NCBI GenBank assembly: GCA_964016885.1
Contig: OZ024751.1
Location: forward strand, 29,326,001-29,390,000
From: Eledone cirrhosa
Taxonomy: Eukaryota
Direction: 5' to 3'
DNA: 64,000 nt
The notes beneath the pieces are model-generated. The model did no database searches, was not told where the DNA came from, and was given only the letters and a program-made list of their open reading frames with translations. This document shows positions 26,631 through 41,729 of this stretch, one piece after another (position 1 is the stretch's first letter; each line of letters begins with the position of its first letter). The position numbers and the translations under genes are program-made.

Positions 26631-26932
26631 CACAGACAACGTCTTCATTTTGCGGAAACCCTGTCTCTCTCTCACAACAAAAGGAAGATACTCTCTCCAC
26701 ACATTAACACACAACAATCGGGCCATGTTAAAGTGAAGCAACTATGTCAATAACTCCGCTCCTCCACTCTCCTCCGCTCCTTTTTATTTCATTTGTGGTG
26801 TTTATGTAGTGATATTTTTGTTCTTATTCTATCGAAATGTTTTCAAAGAACTGTTTACTTTTCACCGAAACAAGGAACAACATTTTGCAACTAACAGTGG
26901 TCACAGAAAGAGCAAAGTCAATAAATGACAAG

Positions 26933-26943
26933 ATATATATGTA

Positions 26944-26992
<49 letters not shown>

Positions 26993-27194
26993 GTATATAT
27001 GTATATATGTATATATATATGTATATATGTATATTATGTATATATGTATTATGTATATATGTATTATGTATATATGTATATATGTATATATATATGTATA
27101 TATGTATTATGTATATATGTATTATGTATATATATATATGTATCATGTTCATCAATGTCCCATATGTATATATATATATACACATATATATATG

Positions 27195-27225
<31 letters not shown>

Positions 27226-27373
27226 GTATATATATATATATATGTGTATATATTTTTATATACATATATAATGTATATATATGTATATATATACATATAT
27301 ATATATATATGTGTATATATATGTATATATATATATGTATGTATATATATGTATATATATATATATGTATATG

Positions 27374-27411
<38 letters not shown>

Positions 27412-27541
27412 TATATATATATATGTATATGTATCTGTATATGTATATATATAAGTTTATATATATATGTATATGTATCTATGTATATGTGTATATATAT
27501 CAATATATATATATATGTATGTATATATATATATGTATATG

Positions 27542-27572
<31 letters not shown>

Positions 27573-27620
27573 GCATATCTATCTATGTATATGTATATAT
27601 ATGTGTAAGTAAGTATATAT

Positions 27621-27672
<52 letters not shown>

Positions 27673-27964
27673 ATAAACATATGTATGTTTATAGTAAGTA
27701 ATACACCAGGGGTACATACATATATATATACATGCACACACATATATATATATACACACATATAAAACACTTTTCCATTTCTTCCTTTTGTAGTATTTTT
27801 TAACTCTGTTAGATATTTCTCTTCCCTTATTTATATATTTACATCTTGGTTGTTCATTATTCTATTAAACAGTTTTTCCATTTTTTTCCTTGGCTATTTT
27901 TATTTCCACTTCTGTCTCAGACTTTTATTCCACTGTTATTTCTATTATTTTGCCTCTTATATAC

Positions 27965-28008
<44 letters not shown>

Positions 28009-28026
28009 TTATATATATATATATAT

Positions 28027-28079
<53 letters not shown>

Positions 28080-28081
28080 TA

Positions 28082-28151
<70 letters not shown>

Positions 28152-28165
28152 TGTATATATATATA
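26933..28165. repeat. long degenerate (TA)n/(TATG)n tracts
   Basis: Direct inspection; representative of the many TA tracts in the window. Confidence 0.95.
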
Positions 28166-28393
28166 AGAAAACATATGCACACACACACACACGTGTATGC
28201 ACACATGTAGACGCACACAAGCATGCGTACATACATATACATGAAACACACACACGTCCACTCTTAAAGAAAAATTCCTTGTTATTTCTTCCTCATAGTC
28301 CTTTTGTTCTGTCTCATATGTCTCTCTTCATCTCTCTCCCTCTCTATCCGCCCTCTCTCCCTCTATATATATATATATATATATACACACACA

Positions 28394-28425
<32 letters not shown>

Positions 28426-28525
28426 CTCTCACATATATACATACTGAAAGACCTCTTTCTTTGGGAAATGTATGTTTTTCATGAGCATCTGGGTTTTTAC
28501 TATATAACTATACATACATACAAAC

Positions 28526-28584
<59 letters not shown>

Positions 28585-28875
28585 TGTGTGTGTATGTATG
28601 TATATTTTCTCTTCCATTCCATTCGTATATTATCTTTATTAATTGAATAATATAACTGAAGATAACAACGACACATTTTCTAAGCGGACTGAGAAAACAT
28701 ATTTGTTGAGAAGATGGCAGACGCACAGACACACATAAACACACACACACAGACACATATATGACGGTATAGACAGACACACACACACATACACATTGAG
28801 AGATGTATGAAGGTATGGACAGGCACCTACACACATACGCAAAAAGATATATGGAAGCATGGACAGACAGACCTC

Positions 28876-28954
<79 letters not shown>

Positions 28955-29706
28955 ACACATATACACACACACACATATACACAAGGATAGATACATGGAA
29001 GCATGGACAGCCAGACACTGACGCACACACACATATTCACATGCACTATCTCACACACACATACACACTCACACACAAAAAAAATCACATAAAGACTCAT
29101 AGATGGAACTATGGACAGACAGACACTTACACACACACTCTCACACAAACACACACACAAACACACACACAAACACACACACAACGACACACATACACAC
29201 ACAGATTGACAAAAGGAGAAAAAATACACAGATAGATACATGAATGCATGATCAGACACACTGGTCCCCCCCCTCCACACACACTCACACACACACACAG
29301 ACACACACATTGACAAAAGGAGAAAAGAAAGCAAAAAAAGACACCAACAAACAACAAAGAAAAACGTCATCATTTTTGGAAATGAACAGCTGTGTGTAAT
29401 GGAAGTATTCAATGTTAATAGAAACTCAATAGAAAGAGCTGTGAAACCAGTAAAGGTCTAATGACCAAAACACACGTTTAGATTGACAAAAGAATTCCGT
29501 TTCAATTCTGATTGATTTCAGAGAATTTCAACTGCGGCTGCTTGAGTTGCAGCCATATTACACTCCCAAGTGGTGCTTGGAACACAATTTTATCAGGTAG
29601 AGGGAATCATTAACTTCTTTTTTAGACTTTGTGCCATAGAGAGAGAGTGTGTGTGAGACAAAGAATTCATTGAAACATTTCGGTATGTATATATATATGT
29701 TTGTAT

Positions 29707-29762
<56 letters not shown>

Positions 29763-29856
29763 GTGTGTGTGTGTGTATATATATATACATATATACATAT
29801 ACATATATATATATATATATATACGCATTTATATATATATATATATATATATATGC

Positions 29857-29915
<59 letters not shown>

Positions 29916-29930
29916 CATTTATATATATAT

Positions 29931-29976
<46 letters not shown>

Positions 29977-30801
29977 TTATATATATATATACACACATAT
30001 ATATGTATATATATGTGTGTGTGTATATATAAAGGAGATTGGTTTAATCGCTCTTGACTTAACCAAAAAATAATCCTAACAAAGCACTCTTATGCTGAGA
30101 CCTTTCTGTCAAGATTGCCTGAAGATCAGGACTTGTTGATAGTTTGTGATGTCACCCCCTTGTCTCTGTATGCATATATCTGTGTATTTGTGTGTGTGTG
30201 ACTGTGTATGTGAAGGTGTGTGGCTTAATGGGTAGGGTATTTGGCTCACAATCATTGATAATGTCATTGGTTTGATCTATGCTGTATTGTGTCCTTCAAC
30301 ACAACACTTTATTTCACATTGCTCCAGTCCACTCAGCTGGAAATATGAGTTGTATCTGTACTTCGAAGGGCCAGCCTCTTTGCATTCTGTGTCCTGCTCA
30401 ATCTCCCTGAGAACTCAGTTAATGGTGTATGTGTGTGTGCAGCATGTTAATTTCATGAGCAGGCTGTCCTGTTAGTTGAATCAACTGGAACACTCAAAAC
30501 TGACAAAATTTCAATTTAACATTTTATTTGTAATTATTCGTAACATGTGTTTCACAAGTGACCAGCTCAGAGCCTTAATCAATTACTAACAGTTTTTACT
30601 CTCCAATCGAATTGTTTATCCCTGTTTAAACTGACAGTTTGATTTTTCTTTCTTAATATAAAGACTTGTTATGCCAATAACAAGCAGATGTTCGTGTTAA
30701 TACCTACTTTTAACACTGAATATCTTATTCACATAAAAGTAGAGAGTGCTGAAAGAGATGCCATCTATAGTAGTATACTATTACACACCAACTGACATAT
30801 A

Positions 30802-30894
<93 letters not shown>

Positions 30895-31379
30895 AATACA
30901 CACACACGATTGTAATGTGCAAAGAATGAATCCAATATAGACATCCTGTTATAGAGAACAGTAATTCCAATTAAGAATTAACAAGGACTGTAACGACCTT
31001 GTCCAATCCAGGTCAATATAGGAAGTGGACTTAGAATTGGTGGAAGCAGGTGTTGGGGGCAGTTGTAGTGTATAATAAAACAAAAATAGATATAAAAATG
31101 TATCACTTATACACATGAAAAATCACTGCAATAAATGTGCTTACTATTGCAGGTGAAGGAAGAGATGTTTTCCTCAATTAGTTCAGGTCATATAAACTAG
31201 TAGTAGTAGTGGTATTAGTAATAGTGGTGGTAGTGGTGGTAATAGTAGTAATAGTAGTAGTTGTGGTAGTAATAGTAGTAGTAGTAGTGATAGTAGTAGT
31301 GGCAGTAGTAGTCGTAGTGATAGTTGTGGTAGTGGTAGTATAAAATAATGTTTATGTACCCAGTAATAACTATAATGAT

Positions 31380-31632
31380 AATAATTGTTTCTACTATTGG
31401 CACAAGGCCAGCAAATACGCCAGTGCATTACTGGTACTTTATTTTATCGGCCACCTAAGGATGAAAGGTAAAGTCAAATGATAATAATGTTTCTACTGTA
31501 GGTATAAGGCCAGCAATTATCCCAGTGCATTACTGGTACTTTATTTTATCGGCCACATAAGGATGAAAGGCAAAGTTAAACTCGGCGAGATTTGAACTCA
31601 GATCATAAAGGGCCGTAACTCTATGCTGCAAA
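31380..31632 (-). mobile_element. two tandem SINE family A fragments
   Basis: Reverse tail and core twice (31380-31477, 31485-31632); both carry the variant ttatcggccac, suggesting local duplication. Confidence 0.85.
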
Positions 31633-31817
31633 TATGGGTGATAACAGTATTTTCTTTATTGGCCTCAAGGATGCTAGTAGAAGGATACATTACAAAGACA
31701 GGTGACATGGTGGGACTTAACATGGAAATCAGATAATTTGGGAACATAAGTAATAATAATAAGTAATAATGAATAATATGATAATTTCGTTCTTTATTAT
31801 TTATTTATCTCTGTAAT

Positions 31818-32182
31818 GGTGGTGGATTGGCAGTATAAGTTGAAAGTCGGACGCCATGCTTTGCAGCATAGAGTTATGGCTCTTTACATTCTGAGCTCAA
31901 ATCCTGCTGAGGTTAGCTTTGCCTTTCATCCTTGAGGTCAATAAAATAACATACCAGTCATGCACTGGTGTCGATTTAATCAACTTCTCCTCTCTTCCTT
32001 CAAATTGCTGGCTTTGTGCCTAAATCAGAAACCATTATTATTACCTCCCTTTATGGTCTGAGTTCAAATCCCGCAGAGGATAACTTTGCCTTTCATCCTT
32101 ACGGCGTCCGATAAAATAAAGTACCAGTAATGCACTGGGGTAATTGCTGGCCTTGTACCAAAAGTAGAAACAATTATTATTT
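31818..32182 (+). mobile_element. two tandem SINE family A copies
   Basis: Full long-tail copy at 31818-32042 and 5'-truncated copy at 32048-32182. Confidence 0.88.
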
Positions 32183-32531
32183 TTATTATTATTATGAAAA
32201 AAAAATACATAGAATTTCATTATTTTGAAATTGTATATTTTCTTGTTGTTGTTGTAGTAAAGTTTGTGTAGTATTTCCTTCAGTTTGTTTGCTATTCATA
32301 TTGTAATGTTTAAAGTTCACAGTTGTGTATAGATGTAAACTAGGTGTGACCCTCCCACTTTACACTTGACTGATTCCATTGGAGGGAGTGGTCACTCAGC
32401 TGTTAAATCAACTTGTTCCATACAAATATGCAATTTGGCAACTAAATAATAAAAGAAAAAATATAGATAGTAAACAACCAACCTGTCCATCCATGCTGAC
32501 ATGGAAAAATTGGATTTAAAATGGTTAAAAA

Positions 32532-32653
<122 letters not shown>

Positions 32654-33241
32654 ACACACACACACACATGTATATATACACACACACATATATATAGTTT
32701 CCATTTGTTAATATCGTATATATATATATATATATATATACATGCACAAGCACACACATACACATACATATATATACACACACATAGATACATATATATA
32801 TATATATATATATACCCACACACAAACACACAAACACACAAACAAACAAACACACACACACATACATACATATATTTGTATCTATTTGAATAATTGCTTG
32901 TGAGCTTGTGTGGAGGATATATATATTTTACGGTTGATTGCTTGTTGTAATGTTAACCATTGAAGCGTGAAGTGAGGGTGTGGTAATGTGATATTTTCAG
33001 CAAAGTGAGGCAGTCAGCTTAAAATTGTTTCTAAGAGTATAATATAACATAAAATGGAGTTGGTGTAGTTTGAACTTGTAACCTTGCCATTACTAAGACC
33101 AGTGTTGTATCTGTAAACCATCACAACAGCCTATATATGGAGATTGATGAACCACTTTTGAAATATTCTGCTACAAATCAGAATAATGGAATAATGAATT
33201 ATTGCTGTGTGTGTGTGTGTGTGTTACAGCTGAGATAGATC

Positions 33242-33294
<53 letters not shown>

Positions 33295-33336
33295 TGCCAT
33301 CATTGTTGTCATCGCTGTTATTATTATCATAGTTAA

Positions 33337-33470
33337 GTCCCTTTACGATCTGAGGTCAAATCCTGCCGAGGTTGACTTTGCCTTTCATCCTTACGGGGTC
33401 GATAAAATAAAGTACCAGTAATGTACTGGGATAATTGCTGGCCTTGTGCCTAAAGTAGAAACAATTATTA
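33337..33470 (+). mobile_element. SINE family A, 5'-truncated
   Basis: B-box, core and tail. Confidence 0.88.
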
Positions 33471-33564
33471 TCATCATTCTCACCACCACCACCACCATCA
33501 TCACCATCATCATCATCACCATCATCATCATCACCATCACCATCATCATCACCACAATTATTCT

Positions 33565-33596
<32 letters not shown>

Positions 33597-34095
33597 TCAT
33601 CATCGTCATTGTCGATACCACCAACATTGCCATCATCATCATCATCATCATCGTTGTTATTTCCATCACCACCATTACCATGATCACCATCATCACCATT
33701 ACCATCACTATTACCATCATCATCACCATCATCATCATTACCACCCTTATCACCACCATTATTCCCGCCCTCATCACCACCATCATTACCATCATTATCA
33801 CCACCATGGTTACCACCATCGTTACCACCATCATCATCACCATCATCATCACCACCACTACCATCATCATTGTCATCACCACCATCATTGCCACCATCAT
33901 CACCACCACCACTACCATCATCATTGTCATCACCACCATTATTACTACCACCATCATCATCATGATCACCATTACCATCATCATCACCACCATGATTACC
34001 ACCCTCACTACCACCATCGTTACCACCATCATTATCACCATCACCACCATCATCATGGTCATTACCACCATCATTACCATCATCATCACCACCCT
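33470..34095. repeat. (CAT/CAC)n degenerate triplet tract
   Basis: Source of the Asp/Gly-rich and Met/Val-rich ORFs. Confidence 0.92.
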
Positions 34096-34320
34096 CGTAT
34101 ATATCTGGGTGGTTAAAGAGTTCATTTTGCAACCACATGGTTTTAGATCTAGTCCAACAATGTGGCACCTGGCATAAATAAATGTCTTCTTGTATAGACT
34201 TTCGTTGACCATTTACTGTTTGTTGGTGTCTCATCACTTAACTGGATTTCAAAATAAAGAAGAGCTTGATAAAGTAAGTAACAAAATTTGACAAACATAA
34301 AGTTATTACTGGAGGTTGAT

Positions 34321-34812
34321 ATCATCATCATCATCATCATCAATTAACGTCTATCTTCCACGCTAGCATGGGTTAGACGGGTTTGTCCCATTTGGAGGCA
34401 ATTTGAGTTTGGTGAACGTGTCTCACTCATATAGGAGAGTTTCTGGCTGGTTTTCTACAGTTGGATGCCCTTCTTAACGCCAACCACATAGACTGGGTGC
34501 TTTTTGCTGTGTCTCCTACAGAACCACTTTACAGTGTGGACTGGGTGCTTTGTGTTGTGACACTTACACGACCACTCTACAGTGTGGACTGGGTGCTGTT
34601 TGTCGTGACACTTACACGACCACTTTACAGTGTGGACTGGGTGCTCTTTATCGTGTCACCTACACGACCACTTTACAGTGTGAATTGGATGTTCTGTGGT
34701 ACCAACATAACTTTACAGAGAAAGGGTGGTGTGGACAGAAGTGGGAGAATGGAATAGAGTGTGTGGTGTGGGGTGTATATTGGGTTAAGAGGTGCCTACT
34801 GACTGTAGGTCT
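34321..34812 (-). mobile_element. RTE family 1 3'UTR with an expanded 48-bp internal repeat
   Basis: Reverse tail (cat)n-ttaacgtctatcttccacgctagcatggg; about four accactYtacagtgtggactgggtgct...gacacYtacacg units. Confidence 0.85.
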
Positions 34813-34819
34813 AAATAAA

Positions 34820-35023
34820 TAAAATCCTTTTGATGTGGTTGTGCCCCGACATGGCCAACATTCTAATAACTTAAACCAGTAAAAGAACAACAGAATGTTC
34901 CTTCATATTATTTATTGGAGGTTGATATGATAAACTAAATAAATCCCTTCAGTATGGTGGTGCCCAGCAGGGCCTGAACTCTAATGACTTAAACCAGTAA
35001 AAGAACAACAGAATGTTCCTTCA
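34820..35023 (+). repeat. duplicated SINE-like 3' tail
   Basis: acttaaaccagtaaaagaacaacagaatgttccttcat twice, about 120 bp apart; related reverse copy near 41790-41850. Confidence 0.7.
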
Positions 35024-35444
35024 TGAAAAGACATAAATAAAGAGAAATTTGTTCCAAATGAGGAATAAAAGAGAATTAGATGTTTAGTATACTGAGGCCT
35101 TCATGTTGTGGCCGTGTACCATGTATAACACAAATACTTTACTAATAATTATTTGTTCTTCTATCTTATTGGTTTATTTTTTAATTTTATTTATTTGTTT
35201 TATTATTATTATTATTATTATTTTTTTTTTTTTTTTTTTGCACGAGAGAGAAAGGGAGATTGTAAAGGATTCAAAGTATTTTTTTGTTTTATTTATATAT
35301 ATATATATAATGTATGGATATATATGTGTGTGTGTGTATGTATGTATATATATATATGTGTGTATATATATATATATATATGTGTGTATGCATGTGTATA
35401 TGTGTATGTATGTATGTATATATATGTGTGTATGTATGTATATA

Positions 35445-35496
<52 letters not shown>

Positions 35497-36043
35497 GTAA
35501 TTGTTTTCTATTCTTTTTTACGTAACATATACTATACATACATATTTTTTTTTTCCCTCGATTTCCCTTGCTTTACTACGCAAAACTTATTTTAATTAAA
35601 TATCAGCCCAAATGCAATTTCAATGATCATATCTATAAATTTTCAAAATTCAGTGTTTTTGTATTGTTTTTCACGTCCCCCCTCTGTGGTAGAAGATTCA
35701 AACAAACAGGCAGTCAGTGGAGAGAAGAAAAAAACAAAAAACCCCTAAAAAAATGAAAATTTGTTTAGGAAGATCAATAGTCTATCTGCTAATCCAATAC
35801 TATGTACTAATATTGATACCATAAATTTCTCTTCTCTATTCTACTATACTATGTTACTACAGCACTCTTTTAAAAATTGTTATTGTTACCATTATTGTTT
35901 TTAAAGATAACCCTGTCTGCTGTTGTTTTTAGTTAAGAGTTTTAGTTTGGCTTTTTTCGGTTTGTTGGCTGGCTTTTGTTTTGTCTCTAGTAGCCCGTTA
36001 GAGATTAGTTCTTGTACTTTAACTGGTATATTGTCTGCCACTA

Positions 36044-36150
36044 ATAATAATGGTTTCTGATTTAGGCACAAGGCCAATAATTTTAAAGCAGGAAAAATTT
36101 GACTAAATCTACACCAGTGCATTGCTGGTACTTTATTTTATCGACCCCGT
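36044..36150 (-). mobile_element. SINE family A 3' half
   Basis: Reverse tail and core. Confidence 0.8.
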
Positions 36151-36184
36151 TATACAAAGTTATACATAATAAAACTTACCTCGT

Positions 36185-36625
36185 CTATTGCTCATACAGA
36201 ACTGATTCTGGCCCAGTTTCTACAGCTGGATGCCCTTCTTAACACCAACCTCTTTTACAGTGAGTACTTGGTGCTTTTCATCAGGGCGCCTACACAACCA
36301 TTTTACAGTCTGGACTAGGTGCTTTTTGTCGTAACACCTACACGACCACTTTACAGTGCGGACTAGGTGCTTTTTGACTTGACACCTACACGACCACTTT
36401 ACAGTGTGGACTGGATGCTTTTTATTGTGACACCTACACGACCACTTTACAGTGTGGACTGGGTGCTTTTTGTTGTGACACCTACACGAGTGAGGGCGGG
36501 GTGGGGCTGGATGGGGGCATACTGTGCTTCAGCTTAGGCCTGTGCCCGTGTGAAGTTGGGTTTTCTGTATCTTTGCATAACACCAGAGATTTTGTCCTGT
36601 GTCACCGCCTTTGAGAGGTGCAATG
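36185..36625 (-). mobile_element. RTE family 1 3' region with about five 48-bp units
   Basis: Homologous to 51775-52060. Confidence 0.85.
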
Positions 36626-36779
36626 CAATGATAATGCTACATGCATTATAATTAATAAACTAGATATAAATAGCAATATTTTGTTTATGGGAGATGTTAT
36701 GTTAGTTGTTAGTTGTATTAAATATTTAGTTTACATATATATATTGTTTGTCTCTTAGTTTCAAATACATACATATAGG

Positions 36780-36822
<43 letters not shown>

Positions 36823-36823
36823 G

Positions 36824-36871
<48 letters not shown>

Positions 36872-36884
36872 TATATATATATAT

Positions 36885-36987
<103 letters not shown>

Positions 36988-37611
36988 TGTTCCTTTTTTC
37001 CTCCATTGTCTGTTTTTAATGTGTTTCTGATATAAATTGCATGAAAGAGGACAGACAGACAGACAGACAAGCTTACATATATATTGTCATGAATGCTAGC
37101 TACTTGATTATATTTCTAAAAAATCATATATATATTTTTTTTAAAATATATATTTTTCAGTAGTATTCAGTAAAGAATTACTACAGAAAACTGCTAATTA
37201 AAATATAGTTGTAGCCTTAACCACGTCACGTTTAACAGGAAATATACATGTGTGTATATATATATATATATATAAAATGATGATGATGATATATATATAT
37301 ATATATTTCATCATCATCATCATCATCATTTTATTTATATATATATTTACATATATACATAAACACTCATATATATATCCATATATGTACATATACACAC
37401 ACACACGTATATGTGTGTGTGTATATACACATTTATATACTTACATATATATGTATCCCCCCCCCCCCCTCACATGTTTACCTTGCAGTTTCTTTGCTGC
37501 AATCTGACACTGTTAGCAGGAAGAGGAATGAAATACTCGTGCTGAGAAATACATTTTCAAACACCCACACACACACATATATAAGCATTGTCATCATCAT
37601 CATTGTTTAAG

Positions 37612-37779
37612 TAAGGAAGACGCAGTAGAGGAAGACCACGAAAAACATGGATGGGGTGGTGAGAGCAGACCTCAGATCGCTGAAGCTCACGGAGATGACG
37701 AAGGACCGTGACAAGTAGAGAGATGCTGTGCTGAATAGGATCTGTCCCTCCCTTGCAAGCAGGGAAAAGCAGTCGTAAA

Positions 37780-37811
<32 letters not shown>
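37612..37811 (+). mobile_element. RTE family 2 LINE 3' end
   Basis: Frameshifted GRRSRGRPRKTW...RADLRSLKLT; tail cccttgcaagcagggaaaagcagtcgtaaaa(tga)n. Confidence 0.88.
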
Positions 37812-37871
<60 letters not shown>

Positions 37872-37904
37872 CATGCAATATTGACATGTGGGTAGTAAAC
37901 TATA

Positions 37905-38082
37905 TAATAATTGTTTCTACTTTTGGCACAAGGCCAGCAATTACCCAGTGCGTTACTGGTACTTTATTTTATCGACCGCGTAAGGATGAAAGGCAAAGTT
38001 AATCTCGGCAATAATGATAATAATAATTGTTTCTATTTTAGGCACAAGGCCAGCAACTAGCCAGTACATTACTGGTACTTTT
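37905..38082 (-). mobile_element. two SINE family A 3' fragments
   Basis: Reverse tail and core matches. Confidence 0.85.
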
Positions 38083-38639
38083 AATGTTGCTTTTTATATT
38101 CATAATTTTTATATCCCTCCTTTTATATATGTAATGTGTTATCATCATCATCATCACATACATATCGATAAAAAGTTCAAATCTATGTAGTGGCTGCTCT
38201 CCACTTTTTTTTTCCGTCTCTAGGGGTATTTTACCTGATTGTGTTACCTATTATTTATAGCAATTAACTTTGGTTGCAGTTATTTCTGCATTTGGGATTT
38301 TTTGATTTTTTAAAGATTTTCAATCAACTCACTGCTCTGATGGATTCTTTTTTAAATATATATGTGATATATATTGATATTCTTAGTCAATTTGAATCAA
38401 CAAGTCTGATAAGTAGATTGATGCTGGAGGGAGTTGGTTCTTTAGCTTCCATATATGACCTTGAGCCAATCATCTGTGAAACAGGTTGATAATCAATAAA
38501 AACATGTAAATGAAACTATGTTTTTCCTTGATATATTATACGTTCTGCCTGTCCATTGAGTACCCGTATTGGTACCACTACAAGTAATTCACTGAATTAC
38601 CTATACTATATATATATGTATATATATATCATCAAACTC

Positions 38640-38800
38640 TGTGGTCCTTTTCAGCACAGCATTTCTTCAAGTCCTTGCATTCCCTCCTCACCACCTCTGT
38701 GAGTCTCAGCGACTCTGCCCAGCTTTTCCTTGCTCTATCTCTACTGTGGCTACTCTCTACTGGGGTTTCCTGGCACTCCTTCATCCAGAAATCATCATCC
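38640..38800 (-). mobile_element. RTE family 2 fragment, decayed
   Basis: Reverse strand aggaaaagctgggcagagtcgctgagactcacagag...atgctgtgctgaaaaggacc resembles 61291-61395. Confidence 0.6.
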
Positions 38801-38808
38801 ATGAGCAC

Positions 38809-38892
<84 letters not shown>

Positions 38893-39175
38893 TTATTTAT
38901 TTATTTATTTATATGTATACATATATCATCATCATCATCATTTTACGTCTGCTTTTCCCTGCTTGCAAGGGTGGGACGATATATATATATATATCCAAGG
39001 GGTGTATTTTAAAGGGTCCGTCGAGCCCCCGATTATTGAGTCGGGTCAGATCGATACAGATCGAACCTTGAGCTGATCAGTGGCGAAACGCGCGTCACCT
39101 ACCAATAAATGCAATGAAGGAGTAACCAATCGTCCTTGTTATCTTTTCAATATATATATATATATATACACATTT

Positions 39176-39512
39176 ATACCTCTAACAAAATACACCCCCG
39201 TTCCACTACCCCCACCCCATCCACACCACCCCCTTGTCCGAAACAAATGAGGTCGTGTAGGTGTCACGACAAAAAAAAACACACAGTCCACGCTGTAATG
39301 TGGCCGTGTAGGTAACACGGTAAAACCTCCCAGTCCACACTGTAAACGTGGTTGGTGTTAGGAAGGGCATCCAGCTGTAGAAAACCCGCCAGACAGTCCT
39401 ATACGAGCAGGACAACCAATCTTGCCTCAAGTGGGAAAACTCCCGTCCAAACCCATGCAAGCGTGGAAGATGGACGTTAAACGATGATGATGATGATGAT
39501 GATGATGATGAT
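39176..39512 (+). mobile_element. RTE family 1 3'UTR and tail
   Basis: Near-identical to 5740-6093 with an internal deletion. Confidence 0.9.
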
Positions 39513-39532
39513 ATATATATACACATATTTAT

Positions 39533-39591
<59 letters not shown>

Positions 39592-40104
39592 TTATTTATG
39601 TGTGTGTGTGTGTGTATATATATATATCATCATCATTGCTATTTATACATCTGCTTTTCCATATAGACATGGATTAGAGGATACATTTTTTTTTGTTTTA
39701 GGCAGAATTCTACAGAATTCTACAGCCTGAAGCTATAATAGAAGAAGACATTTCCCCTAAGTTGCTGTGCAGTTAGATCTACAAGATCTAACTCAAGACG
39801 ACATGGATATGAAGCTAACTTCTTAACCACACATTCATGCTGAAATGCAAAAAAAAAAAAATAATAGATTTGTACTTGTTTAGAAATATAATTTTCAAAA
39901 TATATCTTTTACTATTATCAAATTATTTTGAGAAATTGACCAAAGAAAAAATATTCAAAATTATTCAAAACTCCGTTAGAAAGAAACATTTTGTGGTTTG
40001 TTTTTCTTTCTATAGCCAGTTTTTGCTCACCATAAACTAAACAAAGTTGAATAGAGTTACATCGCGAAAATCTGATTATGAATGTAGTATTTCTCTCTCA
40101 TTTG

Positions 40105-40173
<69 letters not shown>

Positions 40174-40786
40174 ATATATATATATGCATGTACATATATA
40201 TATATACATATATATATTTATATTTGTATATATGTATGTATCTACATATATATATATTTAAATTTGTATATATGCATGTATATATATATATATATATATA
40301 TTTATATTTGTATATATGTAAGTATCTACATACTTATATTTGTATATATGTATGTATATGTATGTAATATATATATATGTATGTAATATATATATATATT
40401 TGTATATATGTATGCATACACACACACATACAAATATATATATATATAAATACGTACACACACATACAAGTGCATTGCTTCCTTCCTCAATCGCTCTCTT
40501 CTTATCCATTTGTCTACTTAGTTGGGCAAAGTGCCTATGAAAAGCCAGTGGAAGTTTCAAGCAGGATGATTCACTAATGTCTTTCTACCTTTGACCCTTC
40601 TTTGATTTATCAAAAACAATCGCTTCCATCTCTTCTAAAGGCAGAGCTTTTGTTAGCTGGAATAAAAAACAAACATTTTTACATCTTTCTTTCAATTCTA
40701 ATTTGTAGGTTAGTGTATATTATGTATGTATGTATGCATGCATGTATGTATGTATGTATGTATGTATGTATGTATGTATGTATGTA

Positions 40787-40835
<49 letters not shown>

Positions 40836-40957
40836 ATGTATGTATGTATGTATGTATGTACGTACGTACGTACGTACGTACGTATGTATGTATGTATGTA
40901 TGTATGTATGTATGTATGTGTGTGCCTGTGTAAATATATATATATATCCATGCATAA

Positions 40958-41003
<46 letters not shown>

Positions 41004-41210
41004 AGGTAAACTGATCGTGTATTTGTAATATGCCTTTGTTGTGTGTATATTATACTTATATTACACAGAGAGGCAACCATGTGCATATTTGTGTGTACAG
41101 GTGTGTATGTGTGTGTGTGTTAATGTATTTTGGATATTACTCATTATAAATGATTACTTACAGAAATACGAAACTGCAGTGTACACATATATGGGTGTGT
41201 GAGATGAAGG

Positions 41211-41242
<32 letters not shown>

Positions 41243-41368
41243 AATAATAATAATGATAATAATAAATGTGAAGACTAAAATCCGAAGAGGGCTCGGAAGA
41301 TCCCATTAAGGGTGAAATCGGCGATACTTTACTTAAGCTTTAATCTGTTATTTTAATATATATATATA

Positions 41369-41729
41369 GGCACATGGCTTAATGGTTAGAGCATTGGCCT
41401 TGCAATCGAAAGGTTGTGAGTTCAATTCTCAGACCGGGTGATGTGTTGTTTCCTTGAGCAATACACTTTATTTCACATTGCTCCAGTTTACTCAGCTGTA
41501 GAAATGAGATTCCACTGCAAAGTGGTCATGGAGGTGCCATGGCAAACAAGCACCCAGCCCACACTGTAAAGTGGACGTGTAGGTGCCACGGTAAAAAAGC
41601 ACCCAGCACTCACTGTAAATGAGGTTGGTGTTAGGAAGGGCATCCAGCTGTAGAAATCAAGCCAGAATCAGTTCCCATCCCACCCTTGCAAGCAGGGAAA
41701 AGCGAACGTAAAATGATGATGATGACGAT
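41369..41729 (+). mobile_element. chimeric CORE-type SINE, body type 3
   Basis: tRNA head (tggcttaatggtt, gagttcaattc), CORE-like block, RTE1 3'UTR body, RTE2 tail. Confidence 0.9.

Noticed and set aside
25744-26707. Pro/His-rich ORFs of 238 and 317 aa
   Set aside because: Low-complexity CAC/CAT/CAA repeats.
33356-34237. 293-aa Asp/Gly-rich ORF resembling an acidic biomineral protein
   Set aside because: (GAT/GGT)n tract open in three frames, and the ORF runs into a SINE.
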